Positions 25,701 through 38,719 of a DNA stretch of 64,000 nucleotides are shown in pieces. The position numbers were made by a program, and so were the translations under genes. Position 1 is the stretch's first letter. Every line of letters starts with the position of its first letter. The stretch is taken from positions 372,001-436,000 of the forward strand of contig JASTWF010000048.1 of NCBI GenBank assembly GCA_030390025.1. Reading direction: 5' to 3'. The DNA comes from Squalus acanthias (Eukaryota). The notes under the pieces are model-generated. The model searched no databases and was not told where the DNA came from. It worked only from the letters and a program-made list of their open reading frames with translations.

Positions 25701-26772
25701 GAATTAATGGGTCTTTTTCCGAGTGGCAAGCAGTGACTAGTGGGGTACCGCAGGGATCGGTCCTTGGACCCCAACTATTCACCATATACATTAATGATCT
25801 AGATAAGGGAACTAAATGTAATATCTCCAAGTTTGCAGATGACGCAAAGCTGGGTGGGAGTGTGTGCTGCGAGGTGGATACCGAAAAACTCCAGAATGAT
25901 TTGGACAGGTTGGGTGAGTGGGCAGAAGCGTGGCAGATGCAATACAACATGGATAAATGCGAGGTTATCCACTTTGTTGTCAAAAACAGAAAGGCAGACT
26001 ATTATCTGAATGGCAATAGATTGGGAGCAGGGGAAGTGCAACGAGACCTGGGTGTCATTGTGCACCAGTCGCTGAAAGTAAGCATGCAGGTGCAGCAGGC
26101 GGTGAAGAAGGCAAATGGTATGTTGGCCTTCATAGCGAAAGGGTTTGAGTATAGGAACAGGGATGTCCTGCTGCAGTTGTACAGGGCCTTGGTGAGACCA
26201 CACCTTCAGTACTGTGTGCAGTTTTGGTCGCCTTATCTGAGGAAGGATGTTCTTGCCATGGTAGGAGTTCAACGAAGATTCACAAGGCTGATACCTGGGA
26301 TGGCAGGAATGACATATGAGGAGAGATTGGGTCGATTGGGCTTATACTCGCTGGAGTATAGAAGTATGAGAGGGGAGAGCATCGAAACATATAAAATTCT
26401 GACAGGTCTGGACAAACTAGATGCAGGAAGGATGTCCCCGATGGTCGGAGAGTCCAGAACCAGGTGTCATAATCTAAGGATAACGGGTAAGCCATTTAGG
26501 ACAGAAATGAGGAAGAATTTCTTCACCCAGAGAGTGGTGAATCTGTGGAATTCTCTACCACAGCAGGTAGTTGAGGCCAAGTCATTAAATATATTAAAGA
26601 ATGAGTTAGATATATTTCTTAAAGCTAAAGGTATCAAGGGATATGGGGAGAAGGCAGGTACAGGGTACTGAGCTTGGATGATCAGCCATGATCTCATCGA
26701 ATGGCGGAGCAGGCTCGAGGGGCCGAATGGCCTACTCCTGCTCCTATCTTCTATGTTTCTATGTTTCTATGG
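22739..26772 (+). mobile_element. near full-length CR1-clade LINE, inactive (ORF1 esterase; ORF2 APE endonuclease + RT)
   Basis: ORF1 with GDSIVRG, HIGIND, DGLHL SGNH-esterase motifs; ORF2 with ITETWL, GDFN, SDH, GVPQGSVLGP, FADD; several stops/frameshifts; (TTCTATGT)n tail. Confidence 0.92.
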
Positions 26773-27866
26773 TTCACTGAACTGCCCTCTTGCGGATCAA
26801 GAAGACAGCTCACCATCACCTTCTCCAGGGCAATTAGGGATTGGCAATAAATGCCAGCGACGCTCACATCGCATGAATAAAAAAATCATCTCTATTACAT
26901 CTTCCATTAACATTCTCTGCTTAAAGGAGAATAATCCCAGCTTCCCTATTCTCTCATAATTGACGTCCCTCATCCCATGTACTTTTCGGTTAAACCTCCT
27001 CTTAACCTTCACTGAGGCGAACAGCCCCATACTCATTAGAGACATAATTCAGCGTAGAATCCTTAAACGTGTCACGAATGTTTCACACTGTGCAAAGGTG
27101 AGATGCCTCCCCAGATATGTTTGTGACTGAGACATCTGCTTCCTGACGGCGGGTGCAAACTCTGTTGAAAACCGTTTACCCACTTCTCTGTCAGACACTA
27201 GGCGCCTTTTGACGTGTTTTTTCAAAGAAACTAGCAGTTCAGCCCAGCGAAGAATTTAACCCTTTAATTCTCGTTGAGCACATGGGAACTGAAAGCTGCA
27301 CTGCCTGAAACAAGAGAGAACTTTGACCCAACAATGATCCGTGTTTTATGGAATCAAAGAATCCTACAGCACAGAAGGAGGCCACTCGGTCAGTCCAGTC
27401 CGTGCCGGCTCTTTGAAAGAGCGATCCAATTAGTTCCACAGGAGTCTCCTCCTTCCCTCCTTCATCTCACCCCGTCAACATACCCTTTTATTCCTTTCTC
27501 CCTAATGTGTTTATCTCTCTTCCCCTTAAATGCATTTATGTTATTTCCCTCAACCACTCCCTTGTGGTAGCGAGTTCCACATTCTCACCACTCTTTGGGT
27601 AAAGAGGTTTCTCCTGAATTCTCTCTTGGATTTATTAATGTCTTTCTGATACTTATCGCCCCTAGTTTTGGCCTCTCCTATCCAATTATTCCCACACCCC
27701 TGCTCATTCGACACAGCCCTGTTTTTATCCTCTTCAATTTATGTCCAATTCCCTTATGAAAGTTACCAATTAATCTGCCACCAGCACCCGTTCAGGAAGT
27801 GCATTCCCGATCATAACATCTTGCCGCATAAAAAACTGTCTCCTCATCTACCAGTTGGATTTAGAA

Positions 27867-30750
27867 GCATAGACACATAGAAAAATAGGAGCAGGAGTAG
27901 GCCATTCGGCACTTCGAGACTGCTCCGCCATTCAATATGTTCATGGATGATCCTCTATCTCAATACCATATTCCCGCTCTCTCCTCATACCCCTTGCTGC
28001 CTTTTGTGTCTAGAAATCTATCTATCTCCTTCTTAAATATATTCAGTGACTTGGCCTCCACAGCCTTCTGTGGGAGAGAATTCCACAGGCTCACCATCCT
28101 CTGAGTGAAGAAATTTCTCCTCATCTCAGTCCTAAATATCCTACCTCGTATCCTGAGACTGTGACCCCTCGTTCGAGACCCACCGGCCAGGGGAAATATC
28201 CTCCCTGCATCCAGTCTGTCTAGCCCTGTCAGAATTTTATACGTTTCAATGAGATCCCCTCCCATTCTTCTAAACTCTAGGGAATACAGGCCTAGACGAC
28301 CCAATCTCTCCTCATACGACAATTCCTGCCATCCCAGGAATCAGTCTGGTGAACCTTCGCTGCACTCCCTCTATGACAAGTATATCCTTTATTTGGTAAG
28401 GTGACCAAAACTGCACACAATACACCAGATGTGGTCTCAACAAGGCACTGTATAACTGTAGTAACACATCCTTGTTCCTGTACTCAAATTCTCTTGCAAT
28501 GAAGGCCAACATACCATTTGCCTTCCTCACTGCTTTCTGCATCTGCATGTTTGCTTTCAGTGACTGGTGTACAAGGACATCCAAGTCCCTTTGTACTTCA
28601 ACATCTCCCAATCTATCAACATTTAACTAATACTCTGCCTTTCTGTTTTTACTACCGAAGTGGATAACTTCACATTTGTCCACGTTATAGTGCATCTGCC
28701 ATGTATTTGCCCACTCGTTCAACTTATCTCATCGCCTTGAAACCTCTTTGCATCCTCCTCACAACTCACAATCCCACCTAGTTTCGCTTCGTCAGCAAAC
28801 TTGGAAATATTACATTTGGTTCCCTCATCCAAATCATTGATATATATTGTGAATAGCTGGGGCCTAAGCACTGATCACTGTGGTACCCCACTAGCCACCG
28901 CCTGCCACCCGAAATAGACCCATTTATTCCTACTCTCTGTTTCCTAAATGTTAACCAATTTTCAAACCATTTTGCGCACTAAACTCTTATGTGGCATTTT
29001 ATCAAAGGCCGTCTGAAAATCCAAATACACCACATCCACTGATTCTCCCTGATCTAGTCTACCAGTTACATCCTCAAAAAATGCCAGTAGGTTTGTCAAA
29101 CACGATTTCCCTTTCATAAATCCATGTTGACTTTGTCTAATCCCATTCATATTTACGAAGTGTCCTGTTATCACAGCCTTTATAATAGACTCCAGCATTT
29201 TCCCTACCACTGATGTTAGACTAACCGGACTGTAGTTTCCTGTTTTCTCTCTCCCTCCTTTTTTAAATAGTGGGGTTATATTTTCCAACCTCCAATCTGC
29301 AGGAACTGTTCCATAATCTATAGAATTTTGGAAGATGACAATCAATGCATCCACTATTTCAATGGATACTTCTTTTAGTACTCTGGGATGCAGATTATCA
29401 GGCCCTGGGGATTTACCGGCTTTCAGTCCAATTAATTTCTCTAGCACTATTTTTTTACTAATACTAATTTCCTTTAATTCCTCCTTCTCACTTGACAGTT
29501 GGTTCCCCAGCATTTCTGGGAAGTTATTTGTGTCCTCTTCCATGAAGACAGAACAAAAGTATTTGTTTAATTGCTGTGCCATTTCCTTGTTCCCATTATA
29601 AATTCACCCGTTTGTGACTGTAAGGGACCTACATTTGTTTTCACTAATATTTTTCTTTTTACATACTTGTAGACGCTTTTGCAATCTGCTTTTATGTTTC
29701 TTGCAATTTAATCGCATACTCTATTTTTCCCCACATAATCAATCTCTTGGTCCTTTTTTGCTGAACTCTAAACTGCTCCCATATCCTCAGGCTTGCTACT
29801 TTTTCTGGCAACTTTATATGAATCCTCTTTGGATCTAATACTCTCCTTAATTTTTTTTGTTTGCCATGGTTGGGCCGCTTTTCCTTTTGTGTTTTTGTGC
29901 CAGAAAGGAATGTATAACTGTTGCAATTCATGCATTCGTTCCTTAAATGTTAGCCATTGCCTATCCACTGTCATGCCTTTTAATGAAGCTCCCCAATCTA
30001 TCATAACCAACTTACTCCTCATACCTTCGCAGTTTCCTTTGTTTAAATTTAGGACCCTAGTTTAAGATTGGACTTTTTCACTTTCCATCTTAATGAAGAA
30101 TTCTCTCATGTTATGGTCACACTTCCCTAAAGGACCCCGCACAACAAGATTATTAATTAACCCCTTCTCGTTGCTCAATAACCAATCTAGGATCGCCAGT
30201 TCCCTAGTTGGCGCCTCAACGTACTGGTCTAATAAAACATCTTGTACACACTCCAGGAATTTATCCTCCACAGTATTATTGCTAATTTGGTTTGGCCAGT
30301 CTACATATAGATTAAAGTCACCCATGATTACTGTAGTACCCTTATTACACGCATCTCTAATTTCCTGTTTGATGCCATCCCGTACATCACCACAACTGTT
30401 TGGAGGTCTATAGACAACTCCAAACAATGTTTTCTGCCCCTTCTTAGGTCCACCCAGACTGATTCTACATCTTGATTTTCTGAGCCAATATCCTTTCTCA
30501 CTGTTGCTCTGATTTCATCCTTTACTGACAACGCCACCCCACCTCCTTTTCCTTTTTGCCTGTCCTTCCTAAATATAGAATATTCTTGGGTTTTCAGCTT
30601 CCAGCCTTGATTACCCTGCAGCCATATCTCCGTAATCGCAATTATATCATTTCCATTTACATCTATTTGCGCTGTTAATTCGTCTAGCTTATTACGAATG
30701 CTTTGTGCATGCAGATAAAGTGCCTTTAGATTTGACTTTTTAACAGTTTT
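27867..30750 (-). mobile_element. 5'-truncated CR1-clade LINE (ORF2), inactive
   Basis: Minus-strand APE (ITEIWL, GDFN) and RT segments homologous to the + strand copy; tail at ~27870. Confidence 0.92.
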
Positions 30751-30932
30751 AGATAGCATGGGAAGAAAAAGAGAAGGAAAGAAAGATAGAGAAAAGAAAG
30801 AAAGACAGAGAAAAGAAAGAAAGATAGATAGAACGGCAGAACGATAGTAAAGAAAAATAGAACGAAATATAGAAAGAAGGAAAGTAATTAAAAGTACTTT
30901 TTTATACAGACATTGTGCTTTATTTCTCCACA

Positions 30933-30953
30933 GGGACAGTAGAGGGCGCTCTA
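30933..30953 (+). promoter_or_regulatory. putative CTCF site (orphan; upstream V missing)
   Basis: GGGACAGTAGAGGGCGCTCTA in a family-A 3' flank that abuts the LINE. Confidence 0.6.
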
Positions 30954-30999
30954 GACCATGAAACACACCAGTGCCCGGAACATGGTTCAATCGGAACAC

Positions 31000-31190
31000 A
31001 GGAACAGGAGGAGGCCATTCAGCCCCACGAGCCTCTTACACAGGAACAGGAAGATGGCATTCAGCCCCACGAGCCTGTTACACAGGATCAGGAGGATGGC
31101 ATTCAGCCCCACGAGCCTCTTACACAGGAACGGGAGGAGGCCATTCAGCACCTTGAGCCTGTTACACAGGAACAGGAGGAGGACATTCAT
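31000..31190. repeat. 42-bp CR1-derived minisatellite
   Basis: ~4.5 units, same unit as 1100-1500. Confidence 0.8.
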
Positions 31191-32228
31191 CCACTTGCAT
31201 CTGCTCTGCCTTTTAAACTGTATTTCAACCTCATTAACCTGCCGTTGCTGCATATCCCTTGATATCCGAACCCAACATGAATCGATCCAACTCAACCTTG
31301 CTAGCTCCAATTGTTCCCCAGCATCCGCAGCCTTTTGGGGGCGAGAGTTCCAGATTTCAAAAGGGAATTGGATAAATACTCGAAGGAGCAAAACTGCAGG
31401 GATATGGGGAAAGGTCGGAGGAGTGGGACTAACTGGATTGTTCTTCGAAAGAGCCGGTGCAGACTTGATTGTCCGAATGACCTCTCTGTGTGCCACACTA
31501 TTCTATGATTCTATGATTTTTTTCAAAATACATAATTTCTCAACAACCGGACTTTATTTGGAATAATGAGGGTCAATAAATAAACCTAGGAATGTATTCC
31601 CTCTTCCATTTAGCTCTCTATCCGTGGACATTCATGTTCCAGCTCAGCGAGTGCTATCTCTGAAGTGGGACGGGTTTACTGCTGTCTGAATACAGTGGGG
31701 CCGTTTGCAAGTTCCCCAGTCAAGGGCGAGTCTTTGAGTCCTCCTTATCGTCACAGGGCCAACCAAGCAATAGAACAGATGGACAGCCCGATGTGTCCCG
31801 GATATTGTTGAACCGACTGCCTCACGTTATCAAAAGGGCTTACTTTAGACCAGTTTTGTCCATGTGTTCGCCACTAGTCACAGGTGGCTAACTGGGCATC
31901 AAGGTATGGCTAATTGGGAATCTACATGTGGCTAATCGGGAATCCAGACGTGGGAAATTTAGTTTCTGATTAACAAACAATAAACGAGCGATAGACAACG
32001 TTGTTGGGAATGTTACCGGCATAAGGTCCAGTAAGTCATTGGCAATTAGCAATCACATCGATTCTGATTGGTTCGCTGGAGGAAGGGGGCGTGTCCAACC
32101 CTGCATCACTCCCTCACTCTGCCCAGGGTTTCCTCAATGATTTTTAAAGAGCGGGTTGGCTCCTCACAAGACTCCACGCTCCTGTTCTCGCTGCTTTCAA
32201 TTATTAAGAGAAACGCTTCAAGTAAAAG

Positions 32229-32685
32229 ATGTATCTGTTACTGGGTCTGATTATCTTGTTTCACCGTAAGGGACTTTTTCAATCATTAATTCTTACTAAT
32301 AACGTACTTTTACGTCTTTCTTTCTTTTTCTCCCATTGCCCCGGATGTCTCAATTTACTGAGCTCCTCCTCTCTCCCTCTCTTTCCCAGATGTGAACTCG
32401 CAGACTATCCGCCAGACTCCCGCCGTTGTCTCCAGATTTCCCGGGGATGTAGTGTTACTGAAGTGCACTCTGGAAAGCACCAGTACTCAAACTATGTTCT
32501 GGTACAGACAATACCCGGGGAAGGAGCCGCAGTCCATGTTCCACTCCGCTGGTATCAATCATGTGAATCCAGAGGGGACGGTGGAAGGTTTTACCGCCGA
32601 GCGATCGACTGGCAACGAGTTCAACCTGAGGTCCTCCAGCCTGAAGGCGAATCACTCGGCCATGTATTACTGTGCCTGGAGTCTT
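32229..32685 (+). CDS. TRBV: TCR V segment A8, apparently functional
   Basis: Leader 32229-32265, V exon 32390-32685 open, ends YYCAWS. Confidence 0.92.
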
Positions 32686-32724
32686 CACAGTGACTGAGAG
32701 AGATGGAGGAGCTGAACAAAAACT
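32686..32724 (+). other. 23-RSS (nonamer ACAAAAACT)
   Basis: CACAGTG + 23 nt + nonamer. Confidence 0.92.
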
Positions 32725-33495
32725 CCAAAGCGGGCAGGAAACACCTGTTTGAGTTTAAACCGCGCGGTGTTGTGTCCTGTCGGGTTTATTTTGCAGAGCG
32801 AACGTGCTTTTGACAAGAAGAGGAGTCGGTTTAGATTTAACGTGAGATATTAAATATAGAGGCACTGGAGAAGGTGCAAATAAAGAGTAAAAAGGATATT
32901 ACCTGAACTGAGAGGTTATAAATATCACGAAATGCTGAAAAGGCTGGGACTACTTCCTCTAAAAAAGAGAATGTGAAGAAGTGTCCTGATAGAGGTCTTT
33001 AAAATTATGAAGCGGTTTCAGAGTGTAGATGTAGTTATATTTATGACCCCAAGATTTGCTCTTCCATTTGTTTGGGAAACCAAAACTTGGGCTCATAATA
33101 TAAGCGAGTCACTAATAAATCCAGCATGGAATTCAGGAGAAATTTCTTTACTCAGAGAGTGGGTACCACAGGGAGTGGTTGAAGCGAATAGCGTAGATAC
33201 AGTTAAGGCGAAGCTAGATAGTTGCAAGAGAGAGAAAGTAATAGAAGGTGATGCTGATAGAGTACAGCATCAACCCATACTGTGCTGAAGTGTTGAGCAC
33301 ATTCAGTTAGCAGAGGGCAAGGTTTTTAACAGGCCCAAACCGGTTCTGACCACAACGAATAAAATTATCAAATGCAAATACGAAAGAAACATAGAATGAC
33401 AGAACGAAAGAATGATTAACAGAAAGATAGACAGAATGAAAGTACAAAGTTTCTTGTGGTTTTTATACACGTGCAATGTGCTTCATTTCTCCACA

Positions 33496-33516
33496 GGGAC
33501 AATAGAGGGCGCTCTA
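33496..33516 (+). promoter_or_regulatory. putative CTCF site (variant)
   Basis: GGGACAATAGAGGGCGCTCTA. Confidence 0.55.
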
Positions 33517-33720
33517 AGACCATGAAACCCACCAGTGCCTGTAACATGGTGAATAGGTTCAGAAGGCGGAGGTTCAGCCATCTCGAGCCCCTCCACCGTT
33601 CAATCAGATCATGGCTGATCTGTATCTCAACTCAATTTACCACGTTGAACATAAGAATTTAAGAAATAGTAACTGAAGGAGGCCATATGGCGCTTCGAGC
33701 CTGCTGCGCCATTCAATAAG

Positions 33721-34157
33721 ACATAGAAACATAGAGCAGGAGTAGGCCATTCGGCCCGTCGAGCCTGCTCCACCATTCAATACGATCATGGCTGATCATC
33801 CAAATCCAGTACCCTGTCCCTGCTTTCTCACACAGAATCCCCATCGAACTTGCACCGACACATATCCCACCCTATCCCCGTAACCCCACGTATTTAATTC
33901 CCCCTAAGATATCCCATCCTATCCCTGTAACCCCACATATTTTATCCCCCCCTAACACTAAGAGTCAATTTATCATAGCCAAATCAACCTAACCCGCACA
34001 TTTTTGGACTGTGGGAGGAAACCGGAGCACGCGGTGGAAACCCACGCAGACACGGGGAGAATGTGCAAACTCAACACAGACAGTCACCCGAGGCCAGATT
34101 CGAACCCGGGTCCCTGGCGCTGTGAGGCACCAGTGCTAACCACTATGCCACCGTGTT
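33721..34157 (-). mobile_element. V-SINE (HE1-like elasmobranch SINE)
   Basis: tRNA head (GGTGGCATAGTGG...GGTTCGAATC), V-domain TTCTCCCCGTGTCTGCGTGGGTTTCC...GGTTTCCTCCCACAGTCCAAA, CR1-like tail; absent from the paralogous block at ~14120. Confidence 0.8.
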
Positions 34158-34159
34158 GA

Positions 34160-35135
34160 CCACGGCTGATCTTCTACCTTAACTCCATATCCCGCCCTAT
34201 CCCCATATCCCTTGATTCCCTTAGTATCCTAAAATCTGTTGCTCTCTGCCTTGATTATGCTGAACGACTGAGCGTCCACATCCCTCTGGGGTGGTGAATT
34301 CCAAAGATTCACAGCCCTTTCAAATTTCTCCTGATCTCAGTCCTAAATGGCCGACCCCTTATTCTGAGACTGTGACCCTTGGTTCTAGACTCCCTAGCCA
34401 TGGGCAACAGCCTCTCAGCATCCACACTGTAAAATCTCTAATGTTTTTCATCTTTCAATTAGATTCACCTCTAATTCTTCTAAATTCTAGGAAATATAGG
34501 CCTAGTCTACTCAATCTCTCCTCATAGGGCAGTCCCCACATCCCAGGAATCAAACTAGTGAGCCTTCGTTGCTCTCCCTCTATGCTACGTATATCCTTCC
34601 TTAGGTAAGAAGACGAAAACTGTACATAATACTCCAGGTGTGGTCTCTCCAAGGCCCTATATAATTGCACTAAGACGTCTTCACTCTTATACCCAATCCT
34701 TTTGTAATAAAGGCTAACATACCATTTGCTTTCCTATTTGCTTGCTGTAAATGCAGGTTAACTTTCAGTGATTCGTGTAAAAGAACACCGACGTCGCTCT
34801 GAATACCAACATTTCCCAGTCACCCACCTTTTGAAAAATATTCTGCTTTACTAGTTTTCCTACCAAAGTGGTTAAATCCACATTATATTCCAACTTCCAC
34901 GATCTTTCCCACTTACTAAAACTGTCTATATCCCTTTGCAGCCATTTTGCGACCTCCTTCACAAGTTACTTTGCCACCTAGCCTTGTATCGTCAGCAAAC
35001 TTGTATACATTACACTGGGGCCCCTCAGCTAAGTCATTGATTTAGATTTTAAATAGCTGAGTCCCAAGTACCGATCCTTGCGGTACCTCACCAGCTACAG
35101 CCTGCCAGCCCGAAAATGACCCGTTTATTCCTGCT
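34160..35135 (-). mobile_element. CR1-like LINE 3' fragment
   Basis: RT C-terminal motifs on the minus strand; paralog of 14050-15100. Confidence 0.8.
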
Positions 35136-35851
35136 GTTGTTCCTATAACCCTTGATGCCCTTACTTAACAAAAATCGATCTATCTAAGTTTTGGAATCTC
35201 CGATTGACCTCTAGCCTCAACAGTCAACTGAGTGAGAGAATTCCACATTTCCACGACCCTTTGTGTGGTAAATGCTTCCAGACATGAACGTTGAACGGCC
35301 TAGCTCTAATTTTAAGGTTATTTCCCTTTGTTCTCCCCTGAGGGAATAGTTTCTCTCAATCTACCCTCTTGAATTATTTTAACATTCTCAAACACCTTTA
35401 TAAGATCATCTCTGAATCTTCTATTCTGAAGGGAATAAAGCCAAGTTTTTACAACCTGTTCTCATCATTTTAGCTTTTTTGCTCTCTTATCATTCTGGTG
35501 AATATGGGTACACCCACTTCAAGGCTAATATATCTTTCCTAATATACATTGCCCAGATGTCCAGAAGTGCACGAAGTTCTCCAGACAGAGTCTGACCAGA
35601 GCGTTATACAACTGAAAGATAACTTCCTGCCCGCTTTGAGATAAAAGCCAGCCAACCATTAAGCTTCCACAGTTCTTAGCAGATCCCTACATGGAAAATA
35701 TTCCGATCTATCTTTCTCAGGTGCACAGGGGATGATCTCACGCTAGCCCACATTAAACTCCATCTGTCTGTGTCACTGTTTTGCTCATTCACGTAATCTT
35801 TCTCTGCCACTTTGCAACTTGCAGCTCCCAGCTACTCTAATTACTGCCTCT

Positions 35852-36120
35852 CAGAGAGGGAGGGGCAGAGCTGTCAATCAGAGAGGGAGCAGCGAGGATG
35901 TCAATCAGAGAGGGAGGGGCGAGTCTGTCAATCAGAGAGGGAGTTGCTGGGCTGTCAATCAGAGAGGGAGGGGCGGGGCTGTCAATCAGAGAGGGTGGAG
36001 CGTGGCTGACAATCAGAGAGGGATGGGCGGGGCTGTCAATCAGAGAGGGAGGGGCGGGAATGTCAAGCAGAGAGGGGGGCCGTGGCTGACAATCAGAAAG
36101 GGAGGGGCGGGGCTGTCCAA
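35852..36120. repeat. ~27-bp promoter minisatellite
   Basis: ~10 units. Confidence 0.85.
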
Positions 36121-36249
36121 ACCTGCTACACTTGGTTTTGCTCTTCATGTATTGCTCAATAATTTCAGAAGAGCGGATTGGCTCTTCACAACACACAACG
36201 CTCCTGTTCTCGCTTTTTTACTTATTGAAAAGACAGCTTAAAACAAAAT

Positions 36250-36753
36250 ATGTATCTGTTACTGGGTTTGATGATCTTATTTCACCGTAAGGGAGTTATA
36301 AAATAAACAATTATTGTTAATAAACTTCCTTTACTCTTTATTTCTTTCCTTCTGTATCTCTTTCTTGCTCTGTTTCCATACTTCCTTTCTTTCCTGCTGC
36401 ATTTCCCCGAATTCCCCAATTTACTGACCTCCTCCTCTCTCCCTGTCTCTTTCCCAGACGTGAACTCGAAAACTATCCGCCAGACTCCCGCTGCTGTCTC
36501 CAAAATTCCCGGGGATTGAGTGGAACTGAACTGCACTCTGAAGGGCACCAGCACCCCTCGCATGTTCCTGGTACAGACAATACCCGGGGAAAGAGCCGCA
36601 GTTTATGTTTTACTCCATAGGTACCAATGCCGTGAATCCAGAGGGGACGGTGGATGGTTTTACCGCCGAGCGAACGAATGACAACGAGTTCAACCTGAAG
36701 TCCTCCAGCCTGCAGGCGAATCACTCGGCCGTGTATTATGCGCCTGGAGTCTT
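36250..36753 (+). pseudogene. TRBV: TCR V segment A9, pseudogene
   Basis: Leader 36250-36286, V exon from 36458; TGA at 36517-36519, +1 before the Trp codon, -1 at YYC. Confidence 0.9.
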
Positions 36754-36792
36754 CACAGTGACTCAGAGAGATGGAGGAGCTCAACAAAAACC
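36754..36792 (+). other. 23-RSS
   Basis: Consensus. Confidence 0.95.
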
Positions 36793-37569
36793 CCAAAGGC
36801 AGCAGGAAACACCTGCGGATGATGAAACCGCGCGGCGCTGCGTCCTGTTGTGTTTATTTTACAGAGCGAACGTGTTTTTGACAAGAAATGATGGGTCAGT
36901 ATAGAATTGAGTGATTAGATATAGAGGCTGTGGATGAGGAGCAAATAAATATTTACAATGATGACAGCAGAACTGAGAGCTTATTAATATCACGAAAGGC
37001 TGAACAGGCTGGGGCTCTTTGCTCTAGAGAAGAGAAGACCGAGGTTTGACCTGATAGAGTTATTTATAATTATGGAAGGAATTGTATAGTATAGACGTAG
37101 AGAAGTTATTTTCACTTGTCTGGAAGATCAGAACTAGTTGCCTTATATATGAGATAGTCAGTAATAAATTCATTAGGGGATTCAGCAAAATCTTTTTTAC
37201 CCAGAGGGTCGTGAGAATGCGGATCTCGCTACCACAAGGAATAGTTGAGGCGAAAAGCACAGATGCAGTTAAGGGAAAGCGAGATAAGCACATGAGGGAG
37301 AAAGGAATAGAAGGTAATGCTGATAGTGTACAATATCAACTTATACTGTGCTGAAGTATTGAGCACCTTCAGTTAGCAGAGTGCCAGCGCATTCAGGGGG
37401 AGGTGAAACTGGTTCAGACTCCCAAAAATAGAATATTAACAAATGCAAAACCGAAATATAGATACAAATTATGAATGAATGAAAGAAATTAAATTAAACG
37501 ATTGTTCGGTTTTTCTCCACTGATGACGTGTTCTCTTTGTCCACTGGCGCGGTGTTTTCATTCTGCACA

Positions 37570-37590
37570 GGGACAGCAGAGGGCGCTCTA
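37570..37590 (+). promoter_or_regulatory. putative CTCF site
   Basis: GGGACAGCAGAGGGCGCTCTA. Confidence 0.7.
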
Positions 37591-38719
37591 GGACCATGAA
37601 ACCCACCAGTGCATGGAACATGTTTATTTGGTGCAGAAGGAGGACATTCAGACCCTCGAGCCGCTCCGCCGTTCAATCAGATCATGGCTGATCTGAATCT
37701 GAACTCCATTTACCCACATTGGTTCCCTAACCCTTCATACCCTTAAATAACGGAAATCTAAGTTTTGAAATCTCCAGTTGACCTCTGGCCTCAACAGCAC
37801 TTCGGGCGAGAGAACTGCAGATTTTCATTATCTTTTGTGTCAAGAGGTGCCTCCAAATATGACCCTTCACCTGCCTCGCTTTAATGCTCAGCTGTTGCCC
37901 CCTAGTTCTGGGCTGCCCCTCACCAGAGGGAATACCTTCTCTCTATCTACAGTCTCCAATACCTTTTACATTTTAAACACCTCAGTAGGATCACTGCTCA
38001 TTCTTCTGTACTCAATGGAATACAACCCTAGTCTATGTAATCTGTCCTCGTATATTACCACTCTCAGCCCCGGTATATTTCTGGTGAATCTTCGCTGCAC
38101 TCCCTCCAAGGCCAATTTATCCTTCCTGAAGTGTGTTGCCCAGAACTGAACGTCCTGTTCCAGATGGAGTCTGACCAGGACTCTGTACAACTGAAGCATA
38201 ACTTTCTCTCCTCTGTATTCTAGTACCCTACAGATAAAGGCCATCTTTCCATGAGCCTTTTTGATTTTTGTGCCTGTCTACTGGCCGAGAGCGATTTGTG
38301 TAGCTTGAAACCTAAATCCCTTTGCACCTCCACAGTTCCCAGCTTTCCACCATTTCGCAAATTTTCTGATCTCTCTTTCTTAGGTTGGCAGTGAATGATC
38401 TCACACTTGCCCACATTAAGCTCCATCTACCTTTGTTTTGCTCATTCATTTAATCCGTCTTTGTCCCCATTGCAACATTCAGCTCCCGTCTGCTCCAATT
38501 ACTGCCAAACAGGGAGGCAGCAGCTGGGCTACCAATCAGAGAGTGAGAGGCGGGGCTGTAATTAAGAGAGGGCGGAGCGGGACTGATCACTCCTGCATCA
38601 CTTCCTCACGGTCTTCATGTTTTCCTCAATGATTTGAAAAGAGCGGGTTGGATCCTCACAAGACAGAACTCTCCTGTTCTCGCTCCTTTCTTTATTAAGA
38701 GAAAAAGTTCCAGTATTAG

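Noticed and set aside
22739-26772. Active LINE or domesticated esterase/RT gene
   Set aside because: Multiple stops and frameshifts in both ORFs; an SGNH esterase in ORF1 is normal for CR1-clade elements
34100-34157. tRNA-like sequences (also ~9850-9922, ~42350)
   Set aside because: SINE heads followed by SINE bodies, not tRNA genes
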